Positions 15,161 to 24,032 of a stretch of 64,000 nt of DNA are shown here, in pieces. Each line of letters opens with the position of its first letter. The first letter of the stretch is position 1. The translations under genes were made by a program, and so were the position numbers. The notes below the pieces were generated by a model. That model was given only the letters and a program-made list of their open reading frames with translations. It was not told the DNA's origin and searched no databases. The stretch spans positions 59,323 through 123,322 of the forward strand of contig NASX01000009.1 of NCBI GenBank assembly GCA_002085155.1, in the 5' to 3' direction. This DNA comes from Sorangiineae bacterium NIC37A_2. GTDB taxonomy: Bacteria; Myxococcota_A; Polyangia; Polyangiales; Polyangiaceae.

Positions 15161-15955
15161 TTAGGCGCTTTGTTTCTGCTTGTTTTCGTGAGGATGCTCT
15201 TGGCGAATGCGCTGGAAAGCGCTTCGGACGAGCTCTGCGTCGGCGTCGCTCTCTGCGCCTTCGTCCGATGAGCGCTGCTCATCGAGGGGAGCTCCCCGCT
15301 CTGACAACATTCTCACGGCCGCCTCGAGAGCTCGATTGCGCTCAGCGAGATCGCGCTCGTATCGATGCCGGCGCGCGATGGCCCAGGCGAGGGCGATAAG
15401 CAGGAGTATGCCAAGTCCAAGCGCGGCGGCTCCCGCCAGCGTGAGAGTCGTTTTTCCGTCCTTCGCGAGTGTGTCGACAGCTTGGAGGACATTGCCTTGA
15501 TCTTCTGGAATTTCTCCGCGCTCTCTCTGGGAAGTGACCTCGTCGATCGCATCTTGGAAGCCGAGAGTGGCCTGCTTGGCGAGCTCACGAATGCGCCCGA
15601 GGTGTTCGTCGCTAAGGGCCCGTTCGACCGACGCGTCGACGAGCGAGTGAACAACAGGAACAAGCGCCGCGGCGACTTGGGCGCTGCGCTGCTCGTCGTT
15701 CATGGATCTGGCGAAGCCGTCCGTGGCTCCTGAGACGACTTTCTCTGTGACCTGTTCCACGCGAGCGGGCTCGACGGCCGCCACTACCTTGTCCTGATTT
15801 TTCTCCGAGAGAGCGGCCTCGATTCCGCTATCGACTGCCTCAGGTGTGGCATCCCGCGCCACCTGCTTCGTAAGTGAACCGCAAGCTGAAGTGGTGAGGA
15901 CTAAACCCAGTGCACATAAGGCCCGGAGCAACGGAGAGATAGGAGAGCGGGTCAT
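15161..15955 (-). CDS. Hypothetical lipoprotein with a C-terminal TM helix
   Basis: ATG 15955 gives MTRSPISPLLRALCALGLVLTTSACGS (lipobox). It has a helical A/E/V-rich body, the TM LAGAAALGLGILLLIALAWAI, and a charged tail. Confidence 0.5.
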   Translation of the reverse strand: MTRSPISPLLRALCALGLVLTTSACGSLTKQVARDATPEAVDSGIEAALSEKNQDKVVAAVEPARVEQVTEKVVSGATDGFARSMNDEQRSAQVAAALVPVVHSLVDASVERALSDEHLGRIRELAKQATLGFQDAIDEVTSQRERGEIPEDQGNVLQAVDTLAKDGKTTLTLAGAAALGLGILLLIALAWAIARRHRYERDLAERNRALEAAVRMLSERGAPLDEQRSSDEGAESDADAELVRSAFQRIRQEHPHENKQKQSA

Positions 15956-16057
15956 GACAGCACCTGGGGGAATCGCAAAGAGGTGCACTTCCCGTGCCAG
16001 TGCCGTCCTAGCCTCGGCTCTCGTTCGGTCCGGTCTGCTCCCACCCGAGGCCAAGAG

Positions 16058-17296
16058 TCAGTTGCAGCTGCCGGTGACGATAGACGCAGGGCGGACCGAG
16101 GTGTTCTTGATGCTCGCTGGGTGGGTCACGGCGACCTCCTCTGCCCAGGTCCCCGTCCAACTTCCGTACACACCGCCCTCAGCCATATCAAAGGGACCGT
16201 CTTCCTTGCAGTCATTGTTCGGCACAGCGCCCCAGGACCAAGCGAGCCAACCAATTGCCGCCTTCTCGGCCTCTTCGAGCAAGACGCCATAGGCGAAAGG
16301 CTCCGCTGAGCATTGGCTCACTGCGTGCTGAGCGAACTCACCTACGATGAGCGGCATGCCGGCGGCGACAGACTCAGCGAGCTCCGTCTTGACGCGGGTG
16401 CCTTCGGGGTCGTTCCACCACATGTGCACGCTGAAGAGGAGATTGGACTCCGGGTCGTGAGCGACGAGAGCTTCCCAGGAAGCTTGCAGAACATTGATAT
16501 TCTGACCCCAGGAGGGCGCATCCAAGATGAGCGGCAGCACCAGCCCTGCTTCGCGCAAACGGGTAATGGCTGGCTCATAGGCGGCCTGAAACTGCGCCGC
16601 GGTCACGTTCCCGTCCCCCGCTTCGTTGGCGATGTTCAAGAGCAAGTCTGCTTCGTATTTCTTCAAGACCGCGATAATGTCGGGACTGACCCAATAGTCC
16701 ACGACCTCGGGGAGCTTGGAGAGGTCACCGGTAGCGCTATGGTGCTCGACCATCGGTATCAGCTGCTCCTTGAGCGCATTGGCGATCGCTGTCTCGAGCT
16801 CGGCGGCGGTGCCCTCTTCGTTCCAGACGATGCGCACGACGTTCGCTCCGGTCTTTGCGATCTCGCTGAACTCAGGATCTCCATCTTTACCGCTCGACCA
16901 AATGATCATCTCATTGACGCCGCGGAGCACGACCTCTTCTCCGCACCGATCCAGGAGCTTTGCACCTTGGACGCGGAACGTGCCTTCTACAGCTGCCCCG
17001 CCGCTCCCGTCGCCGCCGCTGCTCGAGCCGCCTGCGTCCGTACCTCCCGCAGAGTTTCCGCCCGCCGCGTCGCCACCCACGCTCGGCCCTGCGCCGCCGG
17101 AGCCTCCAGCGCTTCCGTCCGAGCCTCCTGCCGCCTGACCCCCAGCTCCGGGAGCCCCGCCGCTCGTCGTTCCTCCCGCCGTAGCGCCTCCGGCGCCTCC
17201 GATCGGCTGATCGGTCCCCGAGGAGCAAGCGAGTCCGGGGCCGAAGCCAAGGACGAGGACAGCAAGCGAGCGAAACATGTGCGACGCGTGGAACAT
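16058..17296 (-). CDS. Glycoside hydrolase family 5 (endo-beta-mannanase/cellulase-like) lipoprotein
   Basis: It has the signal/lipobox MFRSLAVLVLGFGPGLACSSG and a Gly-rich linker. The catalytic domain reads RGVNEMIIWS...ANVVRIVWNEEG...LLNIANEAGDG (acid/base NE)...FSVHMWW...PLIVGEFA (nucleophile E). Confidence 0.8.
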   Translation of the reverse strand: MFHASHMFRSLAVLVLGFGPGLACSSGTDQPIGGAGGATAGGTTSGGAPGAGGQAAGGSDGSAGGSGGAGPSVGGDAAGGNSAGGTDAGGSSSGGDGSGGAAVEGTFRVQGAKLLDRCGEEVVLRGVNEMIIWSSGKDGDPEFSEIAKTGANVVRIVWNEEGTAAELETAIANALKEQLIPMVEHHSATGDLSKLPEVVDYWVSPDIIAVLKKYEADLLLNIANEAGDGNVTAAQFQAAYEPAITRLREAGLVLPLILDAPSWGQNINVLQASWEALVAHDPESNLLFSVHMWWNDPEGTRVKTELAESVAAGMPLIVGEFAQHAVSQCSAEPFAYGVLLEEAEKAAIGWLAWSWGAVPNNDCKEDGPFDMAEGGVYGSWTGTWAEEVAVTHPASIKNTSVRPASIVTGSCN

Positions 17297-17430
17297 GGGG
17301 CCGGATAGCCGGGACCTCTCGGCGCCTCTTCGCATCTCTTGCGGGCCTCTTCGCGTCTCTGCACCCCCTCGGGGGGGCGGGAAGCCGGTCCGCGGGCCGA
17401 GCCTCACGGGCGCCGCGCCCAGGATGAACC

Positions 17431-18363
17431 TCATTTCTCAGGGTTCAGATAGAGCTTCGGCGAGCGACCGAACCGGGCCGAAAAAACGCGGTGAAACTGG
17501 GAGTAGGACCCGAAGCCCGCCGCGAGGGCGAGGTCCATGAGCGACAGGGCCTGGCCCCGTTGTTCCGCGGAGTCGACGAGCGCGAAGAAGCGCTGGAGGC
17601 GCTGCTCGGTGCGGTAGTCCTGAAGTTTCTTCCCCACCTCTCGCTGGAAAGATCGACTGAGCCGCACCGCGGACATGCCCAGGCGTTGTGCGAGATCCGC
17701 AAGGGAAGCCCCCGGATCGGCCCCGAGGAGCTCGAGGCAGTCAGCAATTTCGGGCGAGAGGGCCGGATTCGGGAGCGGGGAAGCGCGGTCGCGAGCGGCG
17801 CGGAGGCCGGGAGCGAAAAGGGCGGCGAAGGTCGCGAGCAGCTCTTGTTTTTCGACATCGAAGGGCGCCGAGGTGAGCGCCGCGTCGTTGTAGAAGAGTC
17901 CGAGGGGTTCGCCTTTGTCTACGATGGGAGTCTTCACGAACCAGCCGCGCCCGATCACGCGGGTGTGTTCTCCTTGATGAGCAACGTGGGGAGCGTTGTC
18001 ATAAACTTCAAATGCCGTCTTCCCAGCGATGAGCGCTGCCCAGAGCTGCTCGTCGACGGGATCGACGACGTGGCGGATGTGTCGTTCATCGACGAGCGCT
18101 CCGAGAGCGTTCGTCCCGATCAAGCCGGAGAGCCACTGGCCACTCTTGCTCCGAAGAAACAGAGCAATGCGATCGAGCTCGAGGACAGAGCGGATCCCCT
18201 CGACCGCTGCCCATCCGTACTCGAGCAGTGGGGCGCTTCGGGGGAGGCGTTGTGAGGCGAGCAGCGTCTCTTGCACGCGCCCTGCGGCGGCTGTTTGAGG
18301 CGTAGGACGGATCGCGAGCGCCCCTTCAATGAGGGGCCAATCGACTTGTCGCACCTGAGCCAT
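17431..18363 (-). CDS. AraC-family transcriptional regulator with an N-terminal GAF-like sensory domain
   Basis: The C-terminal double HTH is LADLAQRLGMSAVRLSRSFQREVGKKLQDYRTEQRLQRFFALV...LMDLALAAGFGSYSQFHRVFSARFGRSPKLY. The N-terminal ~190 aa are alpha/beta and GAF-like. Confidence 0.8.
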   Translation of the reverse strand: MAQVRQVDWPLIEGALAIRPTPQTAAAGRVQETLLASQRLPRSAPLLEYGWAAVEGIRSVLELDRIALFLRSKSGQWLSGLIGTNALGALVDERHIRHVVDPVDEQLWAALIAGKTAFEVYDNAPHVAHQGEHTRVIGRGWFVKTPIVDKGEPLGLFYNDAALTSAPFDVEKQELLATFAALFAPGLRAARDRASPLPNPALSPEIADCLELLGADPGASLADLAQRLGMSAVRLSRSFQREVGKKLQDYRTEQRLQRFFALVDSAEQRGQALSLMDLALAAGFGSYSQFHRVFSARFGRSPKLYLNPEK

Positions 18364-18423
18364 CCGAGGACAGCTTCAATATGACCCAGGGCGAAAGCCT
18401 TGGAAAGCGGGGGCGTGAGCTCT

Positions 18424-18669
18424 TTAGGCGACGCTCTCGAGCTCACCCTTTGATTCGGCAGGGAGCGCCTCGAGCGCGGAGAGAAGGGCTCGCGTCTCGC
18501 CTTGGAGCTCGGCCAGGACGGCGAACAGCGCGTCGGGGTCTGCGTCCTTTTGGCCTGCGCGCACGGTGGCGTTCAAGGCGAGCAGGTCGGTCCTGCGGGC
18601 CCGCTCGATCAGCGCACTGTGTGCGGCGCGCCCCACGGAACTCGACTTACTGTTGGAATCTTTTTTCAT
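18424..18669 (-). CDS. 81-aa protein carrying a degenerate MCP signalling-tip motif
   Basis: Its ATG lies 6 nt after the stop of the upstream globin-like gene. Residues 26-40, RTDLLALNATVRAGQ (18550-18594), followed by ...ALFAVLAELQ, resemble the conserved chemoreceptor hairpin tip (QTNLLALNAAIEAARAGE...GFAVVAxEVR). Confidence 0.45.
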   Translation of the reverse strand: MKKDSNSKSSSVGRAAHSALIERARRTDLLALNATVRAGQKDADPDALFAVLAELQGETRALLSALEALPAESKGELESVA

Positions 18670-18675
18670 GGCGGT

Positions 18676-19104
18676 TTAGCTCGGGAGGGTCGGGCGATAG
18701 CTCGAGTTAACGAGATAGGGCTCAAGGGCTAAGAGGCAGTCTTTGAGCTCGGGCAGCGCGCCTGTAGCGCCAAGATCCATCTCATCGGCGACGGCCGTTA
18801 CCAAGAACATCAGTCGGTCAAAGTGTTCAGGGGTCACCGCAAACCCAGCCACCACACCTTGGGGAGAAGGGCCGCGCCAACTTCCAGGTCCACCGGTGAG
18901 TACACAGAGGAACTTCTCCAGCTGGTCGATGAGCGGGACGGGATTCGTTCCGTAGAAGAAAGGTTGGAGGAGCGGATCGCTAAAAACGCGGCTGACGAGC
19001 GCCGTGGTGAACAAGCGCAGCGTGGGCGCGCCTCCGAGCCTCTTGTACAAAGAGGAGTCGAGCTGCGGCTTCGTCCCTCCACCCGTCATCTGAAAAGACT
19101 CCAT
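18676..19104 (-). CDS. Truncated-hemoglobin-fold (2-on-2 globin-like) protein
   Basis: SLYKRLGGAPTLRLFTTALVSRVFSDPLLQPFFYGTN...QLEKFLCVLTGGPGSW...VTPEHFDRLMFLVTAVADEM follows the trHb pattern (LY-x-x-LGG, FF, GGP, I/V-T-x-x-HF). The expected proximal His and B10 Tyr are not obvious. Confidence 0.7.
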   Translation of the reverse strand: MESFQMTGGGTKPQLDSSLYKRLGGAPTLRLFTTALVSRVFSDPLLQPFFYGTNPVPLIDQLEKFLCVLTGGPGSWRGPSPQGVVAGFAVTPEHFDRLMFLVTAVADEMDLGATGALPELKDCLLALEPYLVNSSYRPTLPS

Positions 19105-19122
19105 AGCACGTCCCTTTCAGAT

Positions 19123-19542
19123 TCAGTTGACGTTCGCGACTTGCTCGGGCCGGAGCACGAACATGAGCTCTTTCTCTTCCGGGATGACAAATTGGATGAG
19201 CTTCCGAGCGAGCTTGGGCATCGTGAGCGGAGGAGGCGCAAGGCGACTATTCGCGACCTCGCGCACGTCCAGGATCGAATCCGCAACCAGGGCGAGGGGA
19301 CCGTCGCTCGTCTTGAGTACAAGCGTTGCGGATTCCGCTGTGGGTTCGACAGCGGAGAGCCCGAGCGTGCTCTTGGGATCGATGGCCGGGATCGGCGCGC
19401 CCCGATAGCTCAAAAGGCCGAGCAGCGCGCTCGGCGCCTTCGGCACGGAACGAAGGGTTTTCGGCGGCAAAATCTCGAGGACGTCGTTGACGTCGACCGC
19501 GCACAATTGGCTCGAGAGGCGGAAAGAGAGAAGGCGGGTCAT
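19123..19542 (-). CDS. cheW: CheW-like chemotaxis coupling protein
   Basis: MTRLLSFRLSSQLCAVDVNDVLEILPPKTLRSVPKAPSALLGLLSYRGAPIPAIDPK... is a typical CheW domain. An ATGA overlap links it to the upstream gene (19539-19542). Confidence 0.8.
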   Translation of the reverse strand: MTRLLSFRLSSQLCAVDVNDVLEILPPKTLRSVPKAPSALLGLLSYRGAPIPAIDPKSTLGLSAVEPTAESATLVLKTSDGPLALVADSILDVREVANSRLAPPPLTMPKLARKLIQFVIPEEKELMFVLRPEQVANVN

Positions 19543-20252
19543 TCGGCGGGCACCTGCATGGGTGGGGGAAGTTGGCTCGGAGCGTTCGGACCGACGGCCA
19601 TCCCGCCAGCGACGGCGACGCCTTCGGGATCGAGCAGCAGGGCGACATCACCGCTCTGGAGCTGGCAGGCGCCCGCGTAGGTCTTCACGCTGCGCAGCAC
19701 CCGGGGGGGCGGTAGGCAGGACACGTCAACGGCGTCCCCGACCTCATCAACGACGAGCCCGTAGGTCTGGTCGCGGACGTGCACAGGCAAGATGGTCATC
19801 GGTCCGGGTTGCTCATTGCGAGGAGCACCGAGCACATCGCTCAAATAGATGAGCGGGAGCAGGCTCTCGTCGACGCGGATGACGGGGGCGCCGCAGGCGA
19901 AGCTGATCTCTTCTTGGGCTTGCTCCTCGGAGAGCACGAGGGCCTCCGAGACGTGTTGGTCAGCGAAGACGAAGTGCTCGGCACCGAGGCGTACCGGGAC
20001 ACAGTGGCTCGGCGCGGGAAGCTCGAATTTGTCTTCCCGGAAGCGGGCCTGTTCGGCGTCCCCGTGAGGAAGAGCCTGGCTGAGCGCTTCGCGGAGCGAC
20101 TCGGCGAGCTCATCGACCACGACGCTCAGATGATTGGCGCGCTCAACGAGGCGGGCATCTTGAAGCTTTTCACTGCACTCGAGCAGAGCATTGCGGGTGG
20201 CGCTCAGATCTTCGACGGTCTGAGCGAGGCGATCGAGCGGGTTCGTCTTCAT
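19539..20252 (-). CDS. CheW-domain protein with an N-terminal coiled-coil extension
   Basis: The C-terminal CheW-like domain is VPVRLGAEHFVFADQHVSEALVL...GAPVIRVDESLLPLIYLSDVLG...ILPVHVRDQTYGLVVDEVGDAVDV. The N-terminus MKTNPLDRLAQTVEDLSATRNALLE is helical. The maximal ORF extends to TTG 20462, so the start is uncertain. Confidence 0.65.
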   Translation of the reverse strand: MKTNPLDRLAQTVEDLSATRNALLECSEKLQDARLVERANHLSVVVDELAESLREALSQALPHGDAEQARFREDKFELPAPSHCVPVRLGAEHFVFADQHVSEALVLSEEQAQEEISFACGAPVIRVDESLLPLIYLSDVLGAPRNEQPGPMTILPVHVRDQTYGLVVDEVGDAVDVSCLPPPRVLRSVKTYAGACQLQSGDVALLLDPEGVAVAGGMAVGPNAPSQLPPPMQVPAE

Positions 20253-20597
20253 CTTGTGGGGGCTCACTGGGGGGACGGGGTGCACGGCGCCCGTGGGGGT
20301 GGACACGGTTGGATGCCACTGCACTTCCGGGGATGTGCAGGGGCGAGCTCCCTGTAGGTTCGTCGCTGCGCGGCTCACTTGTTCCATGCTGGGCCCACTT
20401 GCTTCTTCGTCATGGGACAGTACGGACCCAGGACGTGAGGCATTAAGGGGCTTTCGCCTCAAACAGAGACCATGTCTGAGGGGCCTCTCGCGCTCACTGG
20501 TCAGAAACTTGGAGCCTCGGATTCGTTTCGCCCATCATGTCGAGAGCGGTCCCTGTGAGCCGGCTGCGCGCTCACGGACCCCGAAAGGAGCGAAAAG

Positions 20598-21032
20598 ATG
20601 CGAAAATTGCCCGAATTTTTCAGCCGCGCCTCGCGACGGGTCGTGAGACTCAAGTGTCAGGTGGTGCTTGAACGGGATTTTCGTCTGGTAGCGGATCGCA
20701 TCATGGACCTTTCGACGACGGGGCTCCTGGTCGGGCCCTCGGACCCGGTGCTCACTGGAGAGCGGGTGTTTGTGTCCTTTGAGCTTCCGGAGCGTCGAGG
20801 TTGGCTCGACACGATGGCGACGGTGCAGCGTGTCCTACATGGACGCCGTCCGGGGGAAGCCACGCGCATGTTGGGCCTGAGCTTCGACCCGCTCGGTCCC
20901 TACGACCGCTATCGTCTCCGGCGTGCGATTGAAGAGCGTCCGCCCATCCCCGTGGGCGCGAGGCCCGGTCGTCGGGCTGCTCGCTTCTCTCCTCGGGAGC
21001 TGTTTCCCCTCAGCCCCGCGCTCGAGTGCTGA
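20598..21032 (+). CDS. PilZ domain protein (c-di-GMP receptor candidate)
   Basis: An AGGAG lies 8-9 nt upstream of ATG 20598. It has the RxxxR motif (RASRR) and the D-x-S-x-x-G motif (DLSTTG) with the spacing typical of PilZ. Confidence 0.7.
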   Translation: MRKLPEFFSRASRRVVRLKCQVVLERDFRLVADRIMDLSTTGLLVGPSDPVLTGERVFVSFELPERRGWLDTMATVQRVLHGRRPGEATRMLGLSFDPLGPYDRYRLRRAIEERPPIPVGARPGRRAARFSPRELFPLSPALEC

Positions 21033-21039
21033 AGGACGC

Positions 21040-21064
21040 GCGGGGATCGCGCTCGGATCCCCGC
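21040..21064. terminator. Hairpin between convergent genes
   Basis: GCGGGGATC (21040-21048) pairs with GATCCCCGC (21056-21064), a perfect 9-bp stem with a 7-nt loop. It lies between the PilZ stop (21032) and the dehydrogenase stop (21106). Confidence 0.45.
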
Positions 21065-21105
21065 AGTCTGCGTTCTCGGAAGGGCGCGCCGAGAGCGTCT
21101 CTAGG

Positions 21106-22083
21106 TCAGCCGACGACGTTCCGGGGCGTCCCCTCCGCGAATGCCCGGATATTCTGGACAGTCTGCGCGAGCAGGCGCGCTCGGGCTGCGCGCGTCGCCC
21201 AGGCGATGTGGGGCGTGAGGAGGGTTCGAGGCGCAGTCAGGAGCGGATGATCAGGGCGCGGGGGTTCTTGGGAGAGGACGTCGGCGCCGAGGCCTCCGAG
21301 GTGTCCGCTGTCGAGGGCCGCGCGCACGGCACGCTCATCGAGGAGGCCGCCCCGCGCCACATTGATCAGGTAGCTGCCCGGTTTCATCTGAGCGAGGGCC
21401 TCGGCGTCGATGAAGTCCTTCGTCTCCGCCGTGAGCGGAAGATGGAGCGAGACGACATCGGAGCGCTCCAGGAGCTCGCGCTTCGTGACGAAACGCGGGT
21501 CTTGAGGGACAGGCGTTCTGCTGTGGATCAGGACGCTCATGCCGAAGGCCTCTGCGATGGCGGCGACGCGTCTTCCGATGGCTCCATAACCCACCACACC
21601 GAGGGTTCGGCCCGAGAGCTCCACGAGGGGCCTGAGGGCGTAAGCGAAGCTCGGCGCGCGGCTCCAGCTTCCCTTGCGGACATCTTCTGCATGAAGGCCG
21701 ACCTGATTCGTGAGTTCGAGCAAGAGAGCGAAAGCATGTTGAGCCGTCGAGTCGGTCCCATACGCGGGCACGTTCGAGACCACGACGCCGCGGGCTTTGG
21801 CAGCCTCCACGTCGACGTTGTCAGTTCCGGTCGCCGTGATGCTGACGAGGCGCAGGCGAGGCAGAGCCGCAAACTCGGCGTCCGTCAGGCGGATCTTGTT
21901 GATCACGAGCACATCCGCTTCACGGGCCCGTTCGATCACCTGGTCCGGCGCCGTGCGGCGGTACTTGGTCACCGGGCCGAGGGCCTCGAGCTCGTGGAGC
22001 TCGAGGTCCTCTCCTTCCGCCGTCGTCGAGAAGCCGAGGGCGGGTTCGCTGTCGAGCAAGACGATGTTCAAAGCGTATCCCAC
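21106..22083 (-). CDS. D-isomer-specific 2-hydroxyacid dehydrogenase (glycerate dehydrogenase/hydroxypyruvate reductase-like)
   Basis: The NAD motif is LGVVGYGAIGRRVAAIAEAFGMSVL. It also has LLERSDVVSLHLPLT, YLINVARGGLLDE and the catalytic-region TPHIAWAT. Confidence 0.85.
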   Translation of the reverse strand: MGYALNIVLLDSEPALGFSTTAEGEDLELHELEALGPVTKYRRTAPDQVIERAREADVLVINKIRLTDAEFAALPRLRLVSITATGTDNVDVEAAKARGVVVSNVPAYGTDSTAQHAFALLLELTNQVGLHAEDVRKGSWSRAPSFAYALRPLVELSGRTLGVVGYGAIGRRVAAIAEAFGMSVLIHSRTPVPQDPRFVTKRELLERSDVVSLHLPLTAETKDFIDAEALAQMKPGSYLINVARGGLLDERAVRAALDSGHLGGLGADVLSQEPPRPDHPLLTAPRTLLTPHIAWATRAARARLLAQTVQNIRAFAEGTPRNVVG

Positions 22084-23813
22084 ACGTAGCGCTCATTCTC
22101 GAAGGCGTGATCAGCCAGAGCCTTGAGCTGTTCGTCGGTGTTCTTGTCGATCTCCGAGACCGCCGAGCGAATGATCCGTTCGACGCGGTCGGCGAAGATC
22201 TGGGCAATCGAGATCTCCTTTTCGGCCGCTGGGGCTCCCTTTTCGGAGATGGCGCTCGTAACGCGACTGAGCACACAAGCGAGCACGAAGAGGTGGATCA
22301 TGATGTCCGCCATGCGCGCGGTGGCGAGCTGTTTCTCGATGATCTTCTTGCCGTGGCGCCTGAGCAGCTTGTCGGCAGCGGACGCGAGCTCCCGCGTGCC
22401 CCACTCGAAAATCTCTTGCTCAGCTTTGAGCTCCGGGGCGAGCTGAGTGAAGGTTCGCTTGGCGGATTGGGTCGAGAGGCCCGTCGCGAGCTGGGCGCGA
22501 TGGATCGCATAGTCGCGGATCACACCGAAGCCTTTGATCGGATCGGCGAACACGTCCTTGAGGGTCGCCGCGAGCTCCTTCAGGTTCTGCCCGACGTCGT
22601 CCATCGCGTTCAGAGCGATGAACAGCCTGAGGATGTCGTTCGTGCCTTCGAAGATGCGGTTGATGCGCGTGTCGCGCACGATCTGTTCGTAGGGGAACTC
22701 GCGCATGAAGCCGTTGCCGCCGGCGACCTGCAGCGCCTCGTCGGCCGCGGCCCACAGCGCTTCCGAGGCAAAAACCTTGCTGATGGCCGCTTCAATGGCG
22801 TAGTCGGTCACGCCTTCGTCGATCAGCCCGGCGACCATCGAAACCGCCGACTCGGCCGCGTAACAGCTCACCACCATGTCGCCGATCTTCTTTTTGATCA
22901 GACCGAACTCGCTGATCTTCTTGTCGAACTGCACGCGGCTTTGGGCCTGGACGGTGGCGAGCTCAATGAGCCTCTTCATTCCACCCACGGCTCCTCCACC
23001 GAGACCGGTGCGGCCGCTGTTCAGGATGCCCATCGCGATCTTGAAGCCCTTGCCTTCTTCGCCGAGCAGGTTCGCCGCGGGTACTCGCACTTGATCCAAC
23101 ATCACGGTGGTGGTCGAGCTCGCCCGAAGGCCCATCTTGTCTTCGTGAGGACCGACGCTCACTCCCGGCATGTCGCGGGTGACGATGAAAGCGCTCAGCT
23201 TGCGCCGCTCTTCCGGGCCGCTTGTCTTGGCGAAGACGGTGAAGAAGTCGGCGATGCCACCGTTGGTGATCCAGAGTTTTTCCCCCGAGATGACCCAGTC
23301 GGCGCCATCGCGCACGGCGCGCGTCTTGATGCTCGCGGCGTCCGAGCCCGAACCGGGCTCGGTAAGACAGAAGGCCGCGATCATCTCGCCGGTCGCGAGT
23401 TTCGGGAGGTAACGAGCCTTTTGTTCGTCGTTGCCGAAGAGAAGGAGGCCGCGCATGCCGATCGAGCTGTGCGCACCGACGGTCACCGCCGTCGACGCGT
23501 CGTACTTCGAGATCTCTTGCAGAGTGCGCGAGTAAGCCGCGTTGCGGAGGCCGAGGCCTCCGTGCTCTTCGGGAATCACCAAGGAGAACAAGCCGAACTC
23601 CCGGAGCTCCTCAATGAACTCGGGCGGAAACTCACCGCTCCGATCCCAGGCCGGGAAGTCTTTTGCATGGGACTCGAGAAGCTGGCGTAAAGAGCCGAGC
23701 ACGGTCTCGACTGTCTCTCGTTCAGCGTCCGCCATCTTGGGGAAAGGGAGCAGCTGTTCCTCGTGGATGGCTCCCATGCAGAGCGAACGCATGAAACTCA
23801 CATTCTTTTCCAT
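22068..23813 (-). CDS. Acyl-CoA dehydrogenase (long, ~580 aa, VLCAD/ACAD9-like with a C-terminal extension)
   Basis: Motifs are AFCLTEPGSGSDAAS, GEKLWITNGGIADFFTVFA and ALQVAGGNGFMREFPYEQIVRDTRINRIFEGTNDI. The 3' end overlaps the next gene by 16 nt. Confidence 0.85.
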   Translation of the reverse strand: MEKNVSFMRSLCMGAIHEEQLLPFPKMADAERETVETVLGSLRQLLESHAKDFPAWDRSGEFPPEFIEELREFGLFSLVIPEEHGGLGLRNAAYSRTLQEISKYDASTAVTVGAHSSIGMRGLLLFGNDEQKARYLPKLATGEMIAAFCLTEPGSGSDAASIKTRAVRDGADWVISGEKLWITNGGIADFFTVFAKTSGPEERRKLSAFIVTRDMPGVSVGPHEDKMGLRASSTTTVMLDQVRVPAANLLGEEGKGFKIAMGILNSGRTGLGGGAVGGMKRLIELATVQAQSRVQFDKKISEFGLIKKKIGDMVVSCYAAESAVSMVAGLIDEGVTDYAIEAAISKVFASEALWAAADEALQVAGGNGFMREFPYEQIVRDTRINRIFEGTNDILRLFIALNAMDDVGQNLKELAATLKDVFADPIKGFGVIRDYAIHRAQLATGLSTQSAKRTFTQLAPELKAEQEIFEWGTRELASAADKLLRRHGKKIIEKQLATARMADIMIHLFVLACVLSRVTSAISEKGAPAAEKEISIAQIFADRVERIIRSAVSEIDKNTDEQLKALADHAFENERYVWDTL

Positions 23814-24032
23814 TTCTCTTCTCCTTGGCTCTGCTCTCTGATGATGAGGCGGATGGCAAAGGGCAACCCGCGTCAGAAGACAGCGTCTATCCTTTCAGGA
23901 TAACACGAACTTTGCCTCGCGGGAGAACCTCCAGCCGCGCCTCTCCTTTTTCGACGCCCTCGTCTCGCTCTTCCTTCTCGGCGCCTCGGCCGACTTCTTT
24001 GGTGTGCGTGACTTGTGGGATAAAGTGGCGAG

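Noticed and set aside
9500-17230. Repetitive GGC/GCG-rich DNA tracts (about 9540-9700, 10640-10930, 16990-17220), checked as possible CRISPR or tandem-repeat arrays
   Set aside because: They encode Gly/Ala/Ser-rich linkers of secreted proteins. They have no regular repeat-spacer periodicity and are coding low complexity.
22107-23690. 527-aa ORF on the plus strand covering the acyl-CoA dehydrogenase locus
   Set aside because: It is antisense to a gene with clear family motifs. Its translation is Arg/Gly/Asp/Leu-rich with no motifs. This is a typical high-GC shadow ORF.
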